A stretch of DNA of 64,000 bases from Promethearchaeota archaeon (GTDB taxonomy: Archaea; Asgardarchaeota; Lokiarchaeia; Sigyniarchaeales; SOKP01): positions 256,001 through 320,000 of the forward strand of contig JAEOUA010000006.1 of NCBI GenBank assembly GCA_016839555.1. Direction: 5' to 3'. Shown here piece after piece: positions 21,752 through 31,960 of this stretch. Within the stretch, counting starts at the first letter, position 1, and every line of letters starts with the position of its first letter. A program made the translations under genes and the position numbers. Under the pieces are notes generated by a model. It was not told where the DNA came from. It saw nothing but the letters and a program-made list of their open reading frames with translations, and did not search any database.

Positions 21752-22144
21752 ATGATTTTAAAAATCAATACAATAGATCAACTTGAGGATAATATCTCAA
21801 ATCATCTTGTCGCCGTGATTTTTTTTATAGAACAGGATTCTGATATGTGCAATGAATTGCTGGGAAGGATAAAGTTGGAATTGCTTCCTTATATAAAAGA
21901 GATAGATGGAGTATCCTTAATGAAAATTTCATTAGATTGCGAGATTGATTTTTTTGACCATTTTAATATTAATGAAATACCAAGTACTCTCATTTTTTAT
22001 AAGGGAAAACAAGTCTTATTTTTCGAGCAAGATAAGGAAGGAATTATGTATAAGACCGATAGATTTATTGGAAATGATCCAGACCTTCCGAATAAATTAT
22101 TTCGCTTTATCTTACATCTTTATAAGCGATTTGATAAGGAATAG
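21752..22144 (+). CDS. Thioredoxin-fold protein lacking CxxC
   Basis: VIFF...SDMC, FNINEIPSTLIFYKGK (cis-Pro loop). Confidence 0.65.
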   Translation: MILKINTIDQLEDNISNHLVAVIFFIEQDSDMCNELLGRIKLELLPYIKEIDGVSLMKISLDCEIDFFDHFNINEIPSTLIFYKGKQVLFFEQDKEGIMYKTDRFIGNDPDLPNKLFRFILHLYKRFDKE

Positions 22145-22181
22145 TTTTATAAATTTAAGGATTTAGGAAAGGATTAATAAT

Positions 22182-22907
22182 CTATCCCATTATTCCATGT
22201 GCAATACCCGCAGATAGAAGATTTCCACGATATTGTACTAATAAGCCAAAAATAATGCCAAAAATAAAACGAAATCCGATTAAAAATATAATGTTTACCC
22301 ATGAATTATTAATATCAATTCCAAAATGAGTTATAGAGAACAAAAGAGCTTGGATAAAGAGAGCAAACCACTTCCCTTTTTTTTCAGTGAGTAATCTCTG
22401 CAAAAAACCACGAAAAAGAGTTTCTTCTGGAAATGATGCAATTAAAAATCCAAAAAATAATCCTAATAAGAAATTAATTAAAATTTGACCCATATTTAAT
22501 TCGGCATCCGTTGTATCTGGTAATGATAATCCTAATAACTGTGCAATAAATGAAAAAAAACCTGAAATAATAAATAAAGCAATAATAGCTAAAAAAGCCC
22601 ACCCAATATCTCCTAAAACTTTACCTTTTTTAAACCAAAGCTCTTTTAAATTGATTTTTAAAATAAATTTAAATCCAAAACCAACTAATAGAACAGATCC
22701 TAAAAGAAAACTTATTATAAGAAAGAAAATAAATTCGAATGTAAGGTGATATTCATAATTAAAAAAAATGATCCAAATCTGAGCTATTATGAATCTTAAT
22801 ACAATAAAAATAATAAGAATTATAATTCCTTTTATAATCTGAGATTTTGTTAATTCTTTTTCTTTTTTTTCAGGTTCACCATTTTTTTCTTTAAACATAT
22901 CTTCCAA
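22182..22907 (-). CDS. CPBP/Abi family intramembrane metalloprotease
   Basis: EETLFRG, FSITH, AH motifs; multiple TM segments. Confidence 0.9.
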   Translation of the reverse strand: MEDMFKEKNGEPEKKEKELTKSQIIKGIIILIIFIVLRFIIAQIWIIFFNYEYHLTFEFIFFLIISFLLGSVLLVGFGFKFILKINLKELWFKKGKVLGDIGWAFLAIIALFIISGFFSFIAQLLGLSLPDTTDAELNMGQILINFLLGLFFGFLIASFPEETLFRGFLQRLLTEKKGKWFALFIQALLFSITHFGIDINNSWVNIIFLIGFRFIFGIIFGLLVQYRGNLLSAGIAHGIMG

Positions 22908-23271
22908 TTTTCTATACTAATAACTTTTCTTAGTTTAATGAAATTTATACTATTTTATTTTTTGTATTTTTAAATACTGTTAGATTTAAAAATTTAACGT
23001 GTAATCGAAAGGAGATATCATACTTTATTTAAGGCAGGGATAAAATTCGCTGAGTATTTCTTATCTAAAATATCCTAAATTATCCTTTTGAATCATTCGA
23101 ATATCATAAATAGAGTATAATATTTTTTAAAAGAAAAAAAAGTTAAAAATGAAAATGCGATTACTATATGGAAATAATCTTAATGTTTTATTAATATATA
23201 TTTAAATATTAATTATGGTTTTAGATTTACAGAATTAAACTATTTTTAATTATTTTTTAAACTATAAAAAA

Positions 23272-24120
23272 ATGAAGGATTCAGCGAAAGTTTTAATAGC
23301 TGGGCTCGATTATGCTGGTAAAACTTCTATTATGATCGCATTGAATGAACAGAAGGATTATATAGATAAGGTTCTAAATCTTGCAACAACCATCCGTGTC
23401 GACCATATAGAAATTAAGTTTCTTGGAGGATCTGTGATTTTCTGGGATATGGGGGGGCAAAAAGAATATAGAGAGTTATATAAAAAACGAAAAGAATTTT
23501 ATTTTGGGGATGCTGATATTTTAATTTATGCCATTGATATACAAGATGCTGAACGTTTTTCAGAGTCTCTAGATTATTTAGATACTATTTTTAATTATTT
23601 TCGTGAGGATGGAGAAATAATTCCTATAGTCGTTACCTTTCACAAATCAGATCCAGAAGTAATAGAAAATCCAGAAATAAAAAGAAATGTGGATGAATTA
23701 ACCGAGAAAATTAAGAAAAATTATCCAGATTTCGAGATTCTTTTCCAACAAACCTCCATTTATGATATTGTATCAATTATTAAGATGATTTCCTACGGAT
23801 TGGCTGTATTAAATGAGGACTTCTTTGAGTTATACAATTTACTTGAAGAATATTCAATGAATTTAGATTGTATAGGGTTATTTTTGCTTGATAGAAATGG
23901 AATGATAATTTGTAAGTATTTTAAGAATCAAATTGAGGAAGAAATTTATTCTAGATTAGAAAAATCTCTAAAACAACATATTTATGAACTTAAGGATAAG
24001 AAAGAAAAAGGAGAAGCGATTGAGCGTAAGATTTTTGAGGATGAAAATGAGATACGCTCTTATCTCCATCCCATAAAATATCGGGAAGAGGAATATTATG
24101 TATCAATTCTTCTTGATTAA
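23272..24120 (+). CDS. Arf/Rag-like small GTPase with C-terminal roadblock/longin-like domain
   Basis: GLDYAGKTS, WDMGGQ, HKSD; C-terminal LFLLDRNGMII. Confidence 0.88.
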   Translation: MKDSAKVLIAGLDYAGKTSIMIALNEQKDYIDKVLNLATTIRVDHIEIKFLGGSVIFWDMGGQKEYRELYKKRKEFYFGDADILIYAIDIQDAERFSESLDYLDTIFNYFREDGEIIPIVVTFHKSDPEVIENPEIKRNVDELTEKIKKNYPDFEILFQQTSIYDIVSIIKMISYGLAVLNEDFFELYNLLEEYSMNLDCIGLFLLDRNGMIICKYFKNQIEEEIYSRLEKSLKQHIYELKDKKEKGEAIERKIFEDENEIRSYLHPIKYREEEYYVSILLD

Positions 24121-24198
24121 GATAATAATATTAAGATCAATTAGAGTCTAATAGGGAGGATAATATAAAAAAGGATACACATAAAAGATTGTTTTATT

Positions 24199-25563
24199 TT
24201 ATTTCAACAGATTTTTTTCAACAGACGCAAGCTCTAAAAATTCACTAATTTCTTTTAATTTTCTTCTAGAAGTAGAGCTTAGATATTTTAAAAAAGGAAT
24301 TAAATCTCGAAATGCTTCATTCTGAGAAATAGGGTAATGTTCTTGAATCTTTTCTATTAATCCTTTTTCAGCATTATTTAGAGACATATAATAAGAGGAA
24401 ATATATCTTGGAAAGCGGATGGGGCGATATTTTTTAGAAGAACTACTTTTCGCTGCAAGTGCTACTCCCCCCGCAAAAAGATCAAAGAAATAAGGCAATA
24501 AGGACCATTCCATATTTTTTCTAATCCGTCCAAAAATAACATCTGCTTTGGAAAGGCGCTCATAGGCAGTTGCTAATTCCGATTTAGAATAGATAAATGA
24601 AGGAATATTTTCATTCACCCATTTATAGAGGAAATTATAATCAACATCTGATTTATCCGTCAACTTGCGCGCTTCATTTAAAGAAGAAACTTTTTGAAAT
24701 AAGTCGCGAAGGAGTCCAAAGATTTCTTCTGTGGTATCCCTATGGAGATTATAGATCATCTCCTCCGTAATTTCTTCACTCTTATCGGAGATAAGGCTAA
24801 TTGCCTGAAGATCATTAATAACTCCCCTTAAATCTCCTCCATTTTTCTCAATTATTAAATCTATTTCTTCTTTAGAAATATTGGTGATTTTCTCTTTTTT
24901 AATAATGTTTTCAACGATATTGATGATTTTATTTTTAGATAGAGGATGAACTTCATATTTTGGAATAGTATTATAGACCGTGCTAAGAGTTGATTTATAT
25001 TCATTTGCACACATAATAATTGGAAATTGAGTAGTTTTAATCAAATCCATAATGGCGGGTATCGCCCCTCTATCTTGTGTGCCGTAGATTCCATCCACTT
25101 CATCAATTAGAATTAGCTTTTTCTTTTTTTCTGTGATAAAGTCCATTATTCCCCTCGATTTCGAGGTTTCTTTCAACCCTGCTTCTATTGCGTCTTTAGT
25201 TCTGGTATCAGAAGCATTGGTTTCAATCACTTCCATATTTAGATCATTAGCAAGAGCATAGACAATAGAGGTTTTTCCAATCCCTGGTTGTCCTTCTAAT
25301 AATACAGCTGCCTTTTCTGGTGGAAGGGTTTGTTCCTCTTTTTGCTCTTTTTCGCTCGCAGTCCTATTATCTGCTCTGATTTGACGGTTTTTTTCGTTGA
25401 GTTCTGCTTTTTGTTTAAAAAAATTCTTGATAAACTCTTTTAAGTCTTCTGCTAAATCTACTTTTTTTCGATTTAATTTTGCAGTAGGTAAAGCCATTTC
25501 TTTTAAACTTTTTGGCCTATATTTCTCTACCCACGGGGTTTCCGATGTTTTTTCCTCACTCAT
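24199..25563 (-). CDS. rfcL: Replication factor C large subunit
   Basis: PWVEKYRP, GQPGIGKT, NASDTR, DEVDG, GDLR. Confidence 0.93.
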   Translation of the reverse strand: MSEEKTSETPWVEKYRPKSLKEMALPTAKLNRKKVDLAEDLKEFIKNFFKQKAELNEKNRQIRADNRTASEKEQKEEQTLPPEKAAVLLEGQPGIGKTSIVYALANDLNMEVIETNASDTRTKDAIEAGLKETSKSRGIMDFITEKKKKLILIDEVDGIYGTQDRGAIPAIMDLIKTTQFPIIMCANEYKSTLSTVYNTIPKYEVHPLSKNKIINIVENIIKKEKITNISKEEIDLIIEKNGGDLRGVINDLQAISLISDKSEEITEEMIYNLHRDTTEEIFGLLRDLFQKVSSLNEARKLTDKSDVDYNFLYKWVNENIPSFIYSKSELATAYERLSKADVIFGRIRKNMEWSLLPYFFDLFAGGVALAAKSSSSKKYRPIRFPRYISSYYMSLNNAEKGLIEKIQEHYPISQNEAFRDLIPFLKYLSSTSRRKLKEISEFLELASVEKNLLK

Positions 25564-25588
25564 TTATATCATCTCTCTTATATATTAT

Positions 25589-26635
25589 TTACATATTTTG
25601 CGCGAATGAGTTTAATCTTGTCAATAAATAGGAAATCTGAATATCATCGTCCCGCCCATCTATAGCACGAAAATCTGCCTCCGCAATCATATTCATTAAT
25701 TTTATTTTCGCATATTTTGAAAGTGGAAAGGTATTTAATACCTCCATGAATTCAATAAAAAAATCTTGCACACTATATTTATAATTAGATAATAATTCTC
25801 TAAAGTTTTCTCTGATTTCTGAAAAATCTCCTGTAAGGCTTTTCACCAAAAGATCCTTAATTTCTTGGTTTTGATATTTTTTTAAGATATTATATAATTT
25901 AGTTAAGTCAATAATATTTCCAGTAACACTACATATTTGTAAGAGGTCTATTGCTTTCGCAATTTTTCCTTCAGAAATTTGATAAAGATAATCAATTACT
26001 CCATTTTCTAATTGAAGAGACTCTTGATTTACAATATCTTGAATTAATGTTTTAAAATCTTCATATTTTATTTGAGGAATTAAAAATAATTGACACCTGG
26101 ATACAATAGGATCTATAATACCTGAAATCTTGGTGGTAATTAATATCATTCTACAATTTGAACCGTAGATTTCCATCAACCTTCTGAAACCTTGCTGGTT
26201 TGATTCTAAAGCTTCGAAATTCTTTACTACAAGGATTTTATAAGGCACATCCCCAATCGCTTTTAATTGAACAAATGGTTTGACTTTCACTTGTAAAAAC
26301 GCAGGAGTTGTGATTCGCCTTCCTGCCATACTGCCTATTTTACTAGTGGAAATATATGCTTCTGAACGGGCTTGGTCCCTTTCTTCAGAGCTGAGAGGTT
26401 CATCAGCATATACTAATTTGAAGTTTGCATCATAAAATCTACCTAAGAATTCTCTTGCGAATAATTGCGCAATAAGAGTCTTTCCAATTGCTTCTGACCC
26501 GACAAATAATAAATGTGGAAAATTCCTTTTTTTAATAACCTCTTTTAGCCTGGCAATTATTTCCAATCTTCCACATATCTCATCTAACTTTTTTGGGAGA
26601 TATTTAAAACGCCATATAGGAATTTTATTTGACAT
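25589..26635 (-). CDS. Divergent RFC small subunit with degenerate ATPase motifs
   Basis: WRFKYLP, GSEAIGKT, Walker B replaced by VVKNFE, intact SRC arginine finger, collar domain. Confidence 0.85.
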   Translation of the reverse strand: MSNKIPIWRFKYLPKKLDEICGRLEIIARLKEVIKKRNFPHLLFVGSEAIGKTLIAQLFAREFLGRFYDANFKLVYADEPLSSEERDQARSEAYISTSKIGSMAGRRITTPAFLQVKVKPFVQLKAIGDVPYKILVVKNFEALESNQQGFRRLMEIYGSNCRMILITTKISGIIDPIVSRCQLFLIPQIKYEDFKTLIQDIVNQESLQLENGVIDYLYQISEGKIAKAIDLLQICSVTGNIIDLTKLYNILKKYQNQEIKDLLVKSLTGDFSEIRENFRELLSNYKYSVQDFFIEFMEVLNTFPLSKYAKIKLMNMIAEADFRAIDGRDDDIQISYLLTRLNSFAQNM

Positions 26636-26707
26636 TTTTAAGTTTTTTGGCTTTCTTATTTCTTACAAATATTTTAATTAATTAACTGAAAGAGTAAATT
26701 TTTTATG

Positions 26708-27685
26708 CTAGGGGTTAATTAGTTCCGCTAATAAAGCGGTAAGCTGAATTCTCTCATCCGCTCCTTGCGATATCCGAAAATCAACTTTTCCAAAACACTT
26801 TAGTAATTGGAAATAATAGAAATTTTTCTGATTTCCTAAATCAGGAACAACTTTCATCAACTGGCGAATAAAATTACGAGAATCTAAAAAATCAATCGAA
26901 TAAAGCAATTCTCTTGCAGTTTTAAAATTTTTTTCCTCAATACTTCTTTTTAATTGATCTAAAAGGGATTGTTCGACGAATCCCGATATTTTTAGAAGTT
27001 CATTAATGTCTAAATCTTCTAATAACTCGAGCGCGACCGCCATTTGCAAGGCATTAATTGCTTTTCGTAAATCACCAGCAGAAATAAAATATAACGCCTC
27101 AAAAAATTCTTTTTCTTTTGCCTTTGGAATAGTTATATTTTCTTTCTTTAATATCAATTTTAATCTCTCAATAATTTTTTCTTTCGGGAGGTTAACAAAT
27201 CTAAAAACAGCACAGCGAGATATAATTGGATCTATTATTTCATTAATATAATTACACATAAGGATAAATTTTACATTATTCGGCGCACTCTCAATTATTC
27301 TTCTTAATGTTTGCTGAACGGTTTTTGGAATATTATCCGCTTCATCTAAAATGACCATTTTTAATTCATTTTCGGTCAAAATCATATTCTGAGAGACAAA
27401 ATCCTTCAATTTCTCTCTGACAAACTTCATTCTAACCGTATCAGAGGCATTTAATTCCATTACATTTCTATAATATTTTTCCCCCCTCAACAGTTTATTG
27501 GCAATTATTAACGCACAAGAAGTTTTACCCGTACCCGCTGGCCCAGCGAAGATCATATGAGGCATGTCGAATTTCTTAGATACAAATTTTTTCAAATTAT
27601 TGATAGCAATATTCTGGCTGACAATCTCCTCGAAATCCTTTGGACGGTATTTTTCGACCCACGGTGTTTCTAAATCTATTGCCAT
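26708..27685 (-). CDS. rfcS: Replication factor C small subunit
   Basis: PWVEKYRP, GPAGTGKT, ELNASD, LDEAD, SRC, GDLRKAIN. Confidence 0.95.
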   Translation of the reverse strand: MAIDLETPWVEKYRPKDFEEIVSQNIAINNLKKFVSKKFDMPHMIFAGPAGTGKTSCALIIANKLLRGEKYYRNVMELNASDTVRMKFVREKLKDFVSQNMILTENELKMVILDEADNIPKTVQQTLRRIIESAPNNVKFILMCNYINEIIDPIISRCAVFRFVNLPKEKIIERLKLILKKENITIPKAKEKEFFEALYFISAGDLRKAINALQMAVALELLEDLDINELLKISGFVEQSLLDQLKRSIEEKNFKTARELLYSIDFLDSRNFIRQLMKVVPDLGNQKNFYYFQLLKCFGKVDFRISQGADERIQLTALLAELINP

Positions 27686-27717
27686 TTTATTGTTCGTATT
27701 TTTATTTAATTATGGGG

Positions 27718-28188
27718 CTAGTCTTTTTCGAGATTTAACTCAAGAACTTCATATTTCTTCTTAAAATTCATTTGTTTATAGAGTTTCGCGGCTTTTCTCG
27801 CCTCATCTTCTCTTAAATTAACCTTTACTTTTTCGACCTTTATTTTTTTTAAGTGTTCTAAAGCCTGTTTGAGAAGAGTATATCCTATTCCTTTTTGCCT
27901 ATATTCTTCCTTTAAGTAAAATTGTTTTATATAACCCTCAGATTTCCCGAACGGATCAATACGTAGCTCAGCAATTATCATTCCAACTACCTCATCATTT
28001 GCTTCATCAGTCGCAATAATAATACCATGTCTCTGTAAAGGATCGAATAAGCGCCTACGTATACCCCAATCAAACCGCTTTGGTTCAAACTCTTCATTTA
28101 AACTCTCTACTAATAAACGGGTTAATTCCTCGAGAGCATCAATTTGTTCTGGAGACGCCACTTCTATTTTTATATTTTCATTAGTCAT
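27718..28188 (-). CDS. GNAT family N-acetyltransferase
   Basis: YRQKGIG acetyl-CoA motif, AAKLYKQMNF. Confidence 0.88.
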   Translation of the reverse strand: MTNENIKIEVASPEQIDALEELTRLLVESLNEEFEPKRFDWGIRRRLFDPLQRHGIIIATDEANDEVVGMIIAELRIDPFGKSEGYIKQFYLKEEYRQKGIGYTLLKQALEHLKKIKVEKVKVNLREDEARKAAKLYKQMNFKKKYEVLELNLEKD

Positions 28189-28490
28189 ACTCGTTCATGA
28201 AAAAATGTAATCTTTATTTTATCATTTATGAAAGTTATTATGAAATTTAAATCTTCTTTAAATCTACTTGAATAAATATTAAGGTTTTTGATCATTTTTT
28301 TAATTTTCTAATAATCTTTTGATAATTTATTTTACTGATAACAGCATTGCTTGTTAATTCCTCGATTATACACTATTTCAATAAAGAAAATTGAGGAAAA
28401 GAATAGAAATAGGAGATACTTTATTGAGGTTCTTATTAACATCTAGTAATCAAAAAAGTATGGGGATTAATAATATTATACATCACGCCC

Positions 28491-28772
28491 TTAACGTGCC
28501 GATACTCCGTCCCATGCCTTCACTTCGGGATCCACATGTCCACAAGAAGGACACTTTTTTGAAACCTCCCACGCTTCTAATGCGGGATGAACCCGTGTAT
28601 ATAAATTTCCGCAGTTTTCACATACAAGGAATTTTGCTCCGCATCCTTCACACATTTTTAAAGTTCCACGTTCAACAAATCTAAAAGTTCTTTTCATCCA
28701 CTCATCATTCACGATTCTGAATATGGTCCCTCCGCATTCCGAACAACTTTTTCCATTCCAACCTTCTGCCAT
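28491..28772 (-). CDS. Double zinc-ribbon protein
   Basis: Four CxxC motifs (CSEC, CEGC, CENC, CPSC). Confidence 0.8.
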   Translation of the reverse strand: MAEGWNGKSCSECGGTIFRIVNDEWMKRTFRFVERGTLKMCEGCGAKFLVCENCGNLYTRVHPALEAWEVSKKCPSCGHVDPEVKAWDGVSAR

Positions 28773-28961
28773 TTCTACATCAACCCAAGGAAATTTTCAA
28801 ACTTTTACTATTAATGTTTAATATAGTTATAATAATTTTCTAAGAATTTATAATTTACTTAAAATATTTAAATTAAATTTATGATATATCTTTTTCGTCA
28901 TTAAATTTCATTTAACTCATCATAAAAGTAATTTTTCCAGAAAAAAACAAAAACTAATATT

Positions 28962-29282
28962 CTACATTTTTAATTTTTTAGATTTTTTCGTTTTTCGGTC
29001 TGGATTGACTTCCTCTAATTCCTTTATTAAGCGCACCACTTTATCATCCGTTAATGCTTCACTAAATTTAACCAGCATTTCGAAATCGCTAACGAATAGC
29101 CCCTTTTTTTTCATAGGCGTTCCATCTTGCTTGAGAGGATTGATCTCTAAAAATAACATCGCTGGTCTTGTTTTAGTTTCTGGCACTTTCACTACATATA
29201 CTCCAGGTATGGGAGTCTCCATTTTCCCCCATTCTTTAGCATTTGCTAGATGATCATTCAATTGTGCTTGAATATCTGCCAT
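28962..29282 (-). CDS. Hypothetical protein, possibly PC4-like
   Basis: GAGTGA SD; LEINP..DGTPMKKKGLFV followed by a helix; basic tail. Confidence 0.7.
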   Translation of the reverse strand: MADIQAQLNDHLANAKEWGKMETPIPGVYVVKVPETKTRPAMLFLEINPLKQDGTPMKKKGLFVSDFEMLVKFSEALTDDKVVRLIKELEEVNPDRKTKKSKKLKM

Positions 29283-29590
29283 ATTTTAATCACTCTTAAT
29301 TTTTATTCTTTAAATCTAAATTATATTGTGTTACACAATACATGTATGCATATATAAATAATCCTATTATAATTTTTTTATGCATTAAAATTAGATCTAA
29401 AGGAGCTCTAAATGCGATTCTTTATCATTAATTACCAGTTCTAAGAAATCTTATATTTTATTCATATATTCTTATTATATTGACCCTCTTAGCGATTCGT
29501 CGGGCTTCTATGGGCTCATTTCCACTGAATACTTAAATATCACGGAGAGATATATTAGTATATTAAAAAAAAATAAGTAGGTGCAAAAGC

Positions 29591-29815
29591 ATGAAATTAA
29601 TTTCAGTTAATTTACCTGAATCCTATTTAGAAGTGTTAGAGATTTTAGTTTCGGAAGGAAAATTTCCAAATCGCTCGGAGGCAATTCGTATGGGTATTAG
29701 AGACTTAATTAAAACCGAATATTTAATTGATGAGAAAATCAAAACAAAATACGAAACAAAAGTTGAGAACACTCTAACTATGAAGGAGGAAGTAAACGAA
29801 AAATTAATAGCATAA
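29591..29815 (+). CDS. Ribbon-helix-helix regulator, CdrS-like
   Basis: ISVNLP...LV..GKFPNRSEAIR..IRDLI matches archaeal CdrS-type RHH proteins. Confidence 0.85.
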   Translation: MKLISVNLPESYLEVLEILVSEGKFPNRSEAIRMGIRDLIKTEYLIDEKIKTKYETKVENTLTMKEEVNEKLIA

Positions 29816-29855
29816 AGTATTATTTTTTATTTTTTTATCTTTTTAATTAGAATTC

Positions 29856-30251
29856 TTAAAATTCTAATTCTCCTAAGTGTTTATTTAAAAAATCATCGCA
29901 TATTTTTCCGCCATCCCCTTTCAGGATCCATCCTTCTTCTTTTTTTTCTATGAGATTCAATTTTTCAATGTTTTCAAGCATTTGTTTTACTTTTTCTTCA
30001 GATTGTTTAATATTAAAATCTGCCCTTAGGCAAAAGAGAATATCATCAATAGAAACTGGTTTAGCTAATTCATCTTCCATAACTCCGATTGCTGCAATTA
30101 TTTCCTCCTCATCTTCCATTGCTTCATCGATTTCCTCAGAAACCTCTTCTAATAACCATGGATATTCTTCGAGCATTTGTTTAATTTTTTTCTGATCTCC
30201 ACTTTTGAAAATCTCATCAAAATCTTCCCGTATCTTCTTTTTTTTAAACAT
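29856..30251 (-). CDS. Hypothetical protein (possible C-terminal wHTH)
   Basis: 131-aa acidic ORF, LNLIEKKEEGWIL..GGKIC. Confidence 0.65.
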   Translation of the reverse strand: MFKKKKIREDFDEIFKSGDQKKIKQMLEEYPWLLEEVSEEIDEAMEDEEEIIAAIGVMEDELAKPVSIDDILFCLRADFNIKQSEEKVKQMLENIEKLNLIEKKEEGWILKGDGGKICDDFLNKHLGELEF

Positions 30252-30470
30252 CTCTATACATCTTCCTTACACTTAGTTACACATAGTCAATAAGATAATT
30301 GATATTTATAATTTTTACTTATTAACTTATGTTTTTGATATGTATAAATATCTCAAATTATAATTAATATTTTTCAATTAATTCGCTTTACACACGAAAA
30401 AAAGAGTTATGATAAATTATAAAGATTTAGAATTAAATAAAAATAATTTTCCAGTTATTATTAACTATAT

Positions 30471-30917
30471 CTATTCATTTTTTAATTTATAGGTGGTGTC
30501 ACAGCGGGCATCTCCATCTGCAACACTGCGATATATTGTTAATTTAATTTTATCGCTTACTGCTGTACGGAAATATTCATAATCAATTTCCATTGCAGCT
30601 TCGCATAATTCCCTCGAAGTATTTTCCAAACCAAAGGGACATTTAGTACCTTGAATTCGAAATTTTTCATCGGAAAGAAACATTACTTTCACATTATTCG
30701 GATCATAACTTTGTGAAAATGCTTTTGCAACCGTTGAGAGCTTGTTATTAGACAATTTATTTTTTATTTTTAGTCCTAGAGCACGACCTTGCTTACCACA
30801 TATTTCTTTGATAATGGGTAATGCCTCTTTTCCAAATTTTTCATAAAATGCCTTCATTAACATTCCTTGAGCTTCAATTGGATTTTTTGGTAAATTTTCA
30901 TTATTTTTCTGTTTCAT
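30471..30917 (-). CDS. ATC-hydrolase/V4R-like ligand-binding protein
   Basis: KCPF, ELC..AMEID, GDARC three-Cys pattern. Confidence 0.7.
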   Translation of the reverse strand: MKQKNNENLPKNPIEAQGMLMKAFYEKFGKEALPIIKEICGKQGRALGLKIKNKLSNNKLSTVAKAFSQSYDPNNVKVMFLSDEKFRIQGTKCPFGLENTSRELCEAAMEIDYEYFRTAVSDKIKLTIYRSVADGDARCDTTYKLKNE

Positions 30918-31041
30918 AGTTTATCATATATCCTTAAAAAGATAATTATATCCAGCTTCTTAATATATGTAATTATCAGTAGAAGATATTTCTACATTAA
31001 AAATGAATAAAGAGCAAAATAAATGAGAAAAAATAACTAAG

Positions 31042-31761
31042 TTATTTAGTTCCACTTAAGAATTGTGCTATTTCATCTTTAGTGGCAACCGTGAATTTTT
31101 TATCTTCGATCTTAATATAGACAAGGCGAGTGTTTTCTTTTGTTGCTTCTTCATCAGTTGCGGATTTTAATGCATCTAAGGTTAAATGCACCAAATCGTT
31201 AAATCCCAGGCTTTCGCTATAATTTTCACGTAAATATTCTCGTGCAGCGGCTTCACCATTACCCATCGCATACGCTTTAAATGAACGATAAATTCCGCTA
31301 GGAGAAACCGTATAGATTTGAGTGCCCATGGAATCAATACCAATGAAAAATAATGCGCAACCCCAGGGTCTAATTCCTCCATATTGGGTATATTGTTGAA
31401 TGACATCCGCCACATCTTTCACCAGCATACTTAAACGGACAGGCTCATCATATGTTAATCGATATGTTTGCGCTTGGACTCGAGTATAGCCAATAAGAGT
31501 GCGAGAATCAGCGTGAAGGCCCGAAATTGCTACGCCTATATGTTCATCTATTTGAAATATTTTGTCTATTTCATCACCATCCATCAATGGTGAAGCAATT
31601 TTAATTTGAGCTGCTAAGCATACCGCATTCTTGGATTTTGCTGCTACCGCCAGAGTTCCTCGTCGAACAGCTTCTAATGCATACTCTACTTGATATAACC
31701 GACCTTCTGGGCTAAATACCGTTAATGCCCTGTCATATTTAAGTTGACCTCCACCAAACAT
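31042..31761 (-). CDS. psmA: Proteasome alpha subunit
   Basis: YDRALTVFSPEGRLYQVEYA, YTQYGGIRPWG. Confidence 0.96.
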   Translation of the reverse strand: MFGGGQLKYDRALTVFSPEGRLYQVEYALEAVRRGTLAVAAKSKNAVCLAAQIKIASPLMDGDEIDKIFQIDEHIGVAISGLHADSRTLIGYTRVQAQTYRLTYDEPVRLSMLVKDVADVIQQYTQYGGIRPWGCALFFIGIDSMGTQIYTVSPSGIYRSFKAYAMGNGEAAAREYLRENYSESLGFNDLVHLTLDALKSATDEEATKENTRLVYIKIEDKKFTVATKDEIAQFLSGTK

Positions 31762-31960
31762 TATTTAGTCACGTTAAGGTAATTTTTATTTTATAATTAC
31801 TATGAAAAATGATATGTTTAATTTTAATTTTTAGATTTTCATTTATTAGTGAGTATCTATTCCTTTTAAATTAAGATTCACATACATTTATATATTGATT
31901 TTTGCTCACTATTATTATCCCACTTGAGCTAAATAAACCACTTTTTAGAGAAAGAACAAT

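Noticed and set aside
21752-22144. Thioredoxin-fold gene as a KaiC partner (fold-switched KaiB/SasA mimic)
   Set aside because: Separated from kaiC by two unrelated opposite-strand genes and has no KaiB-like sequence motifs
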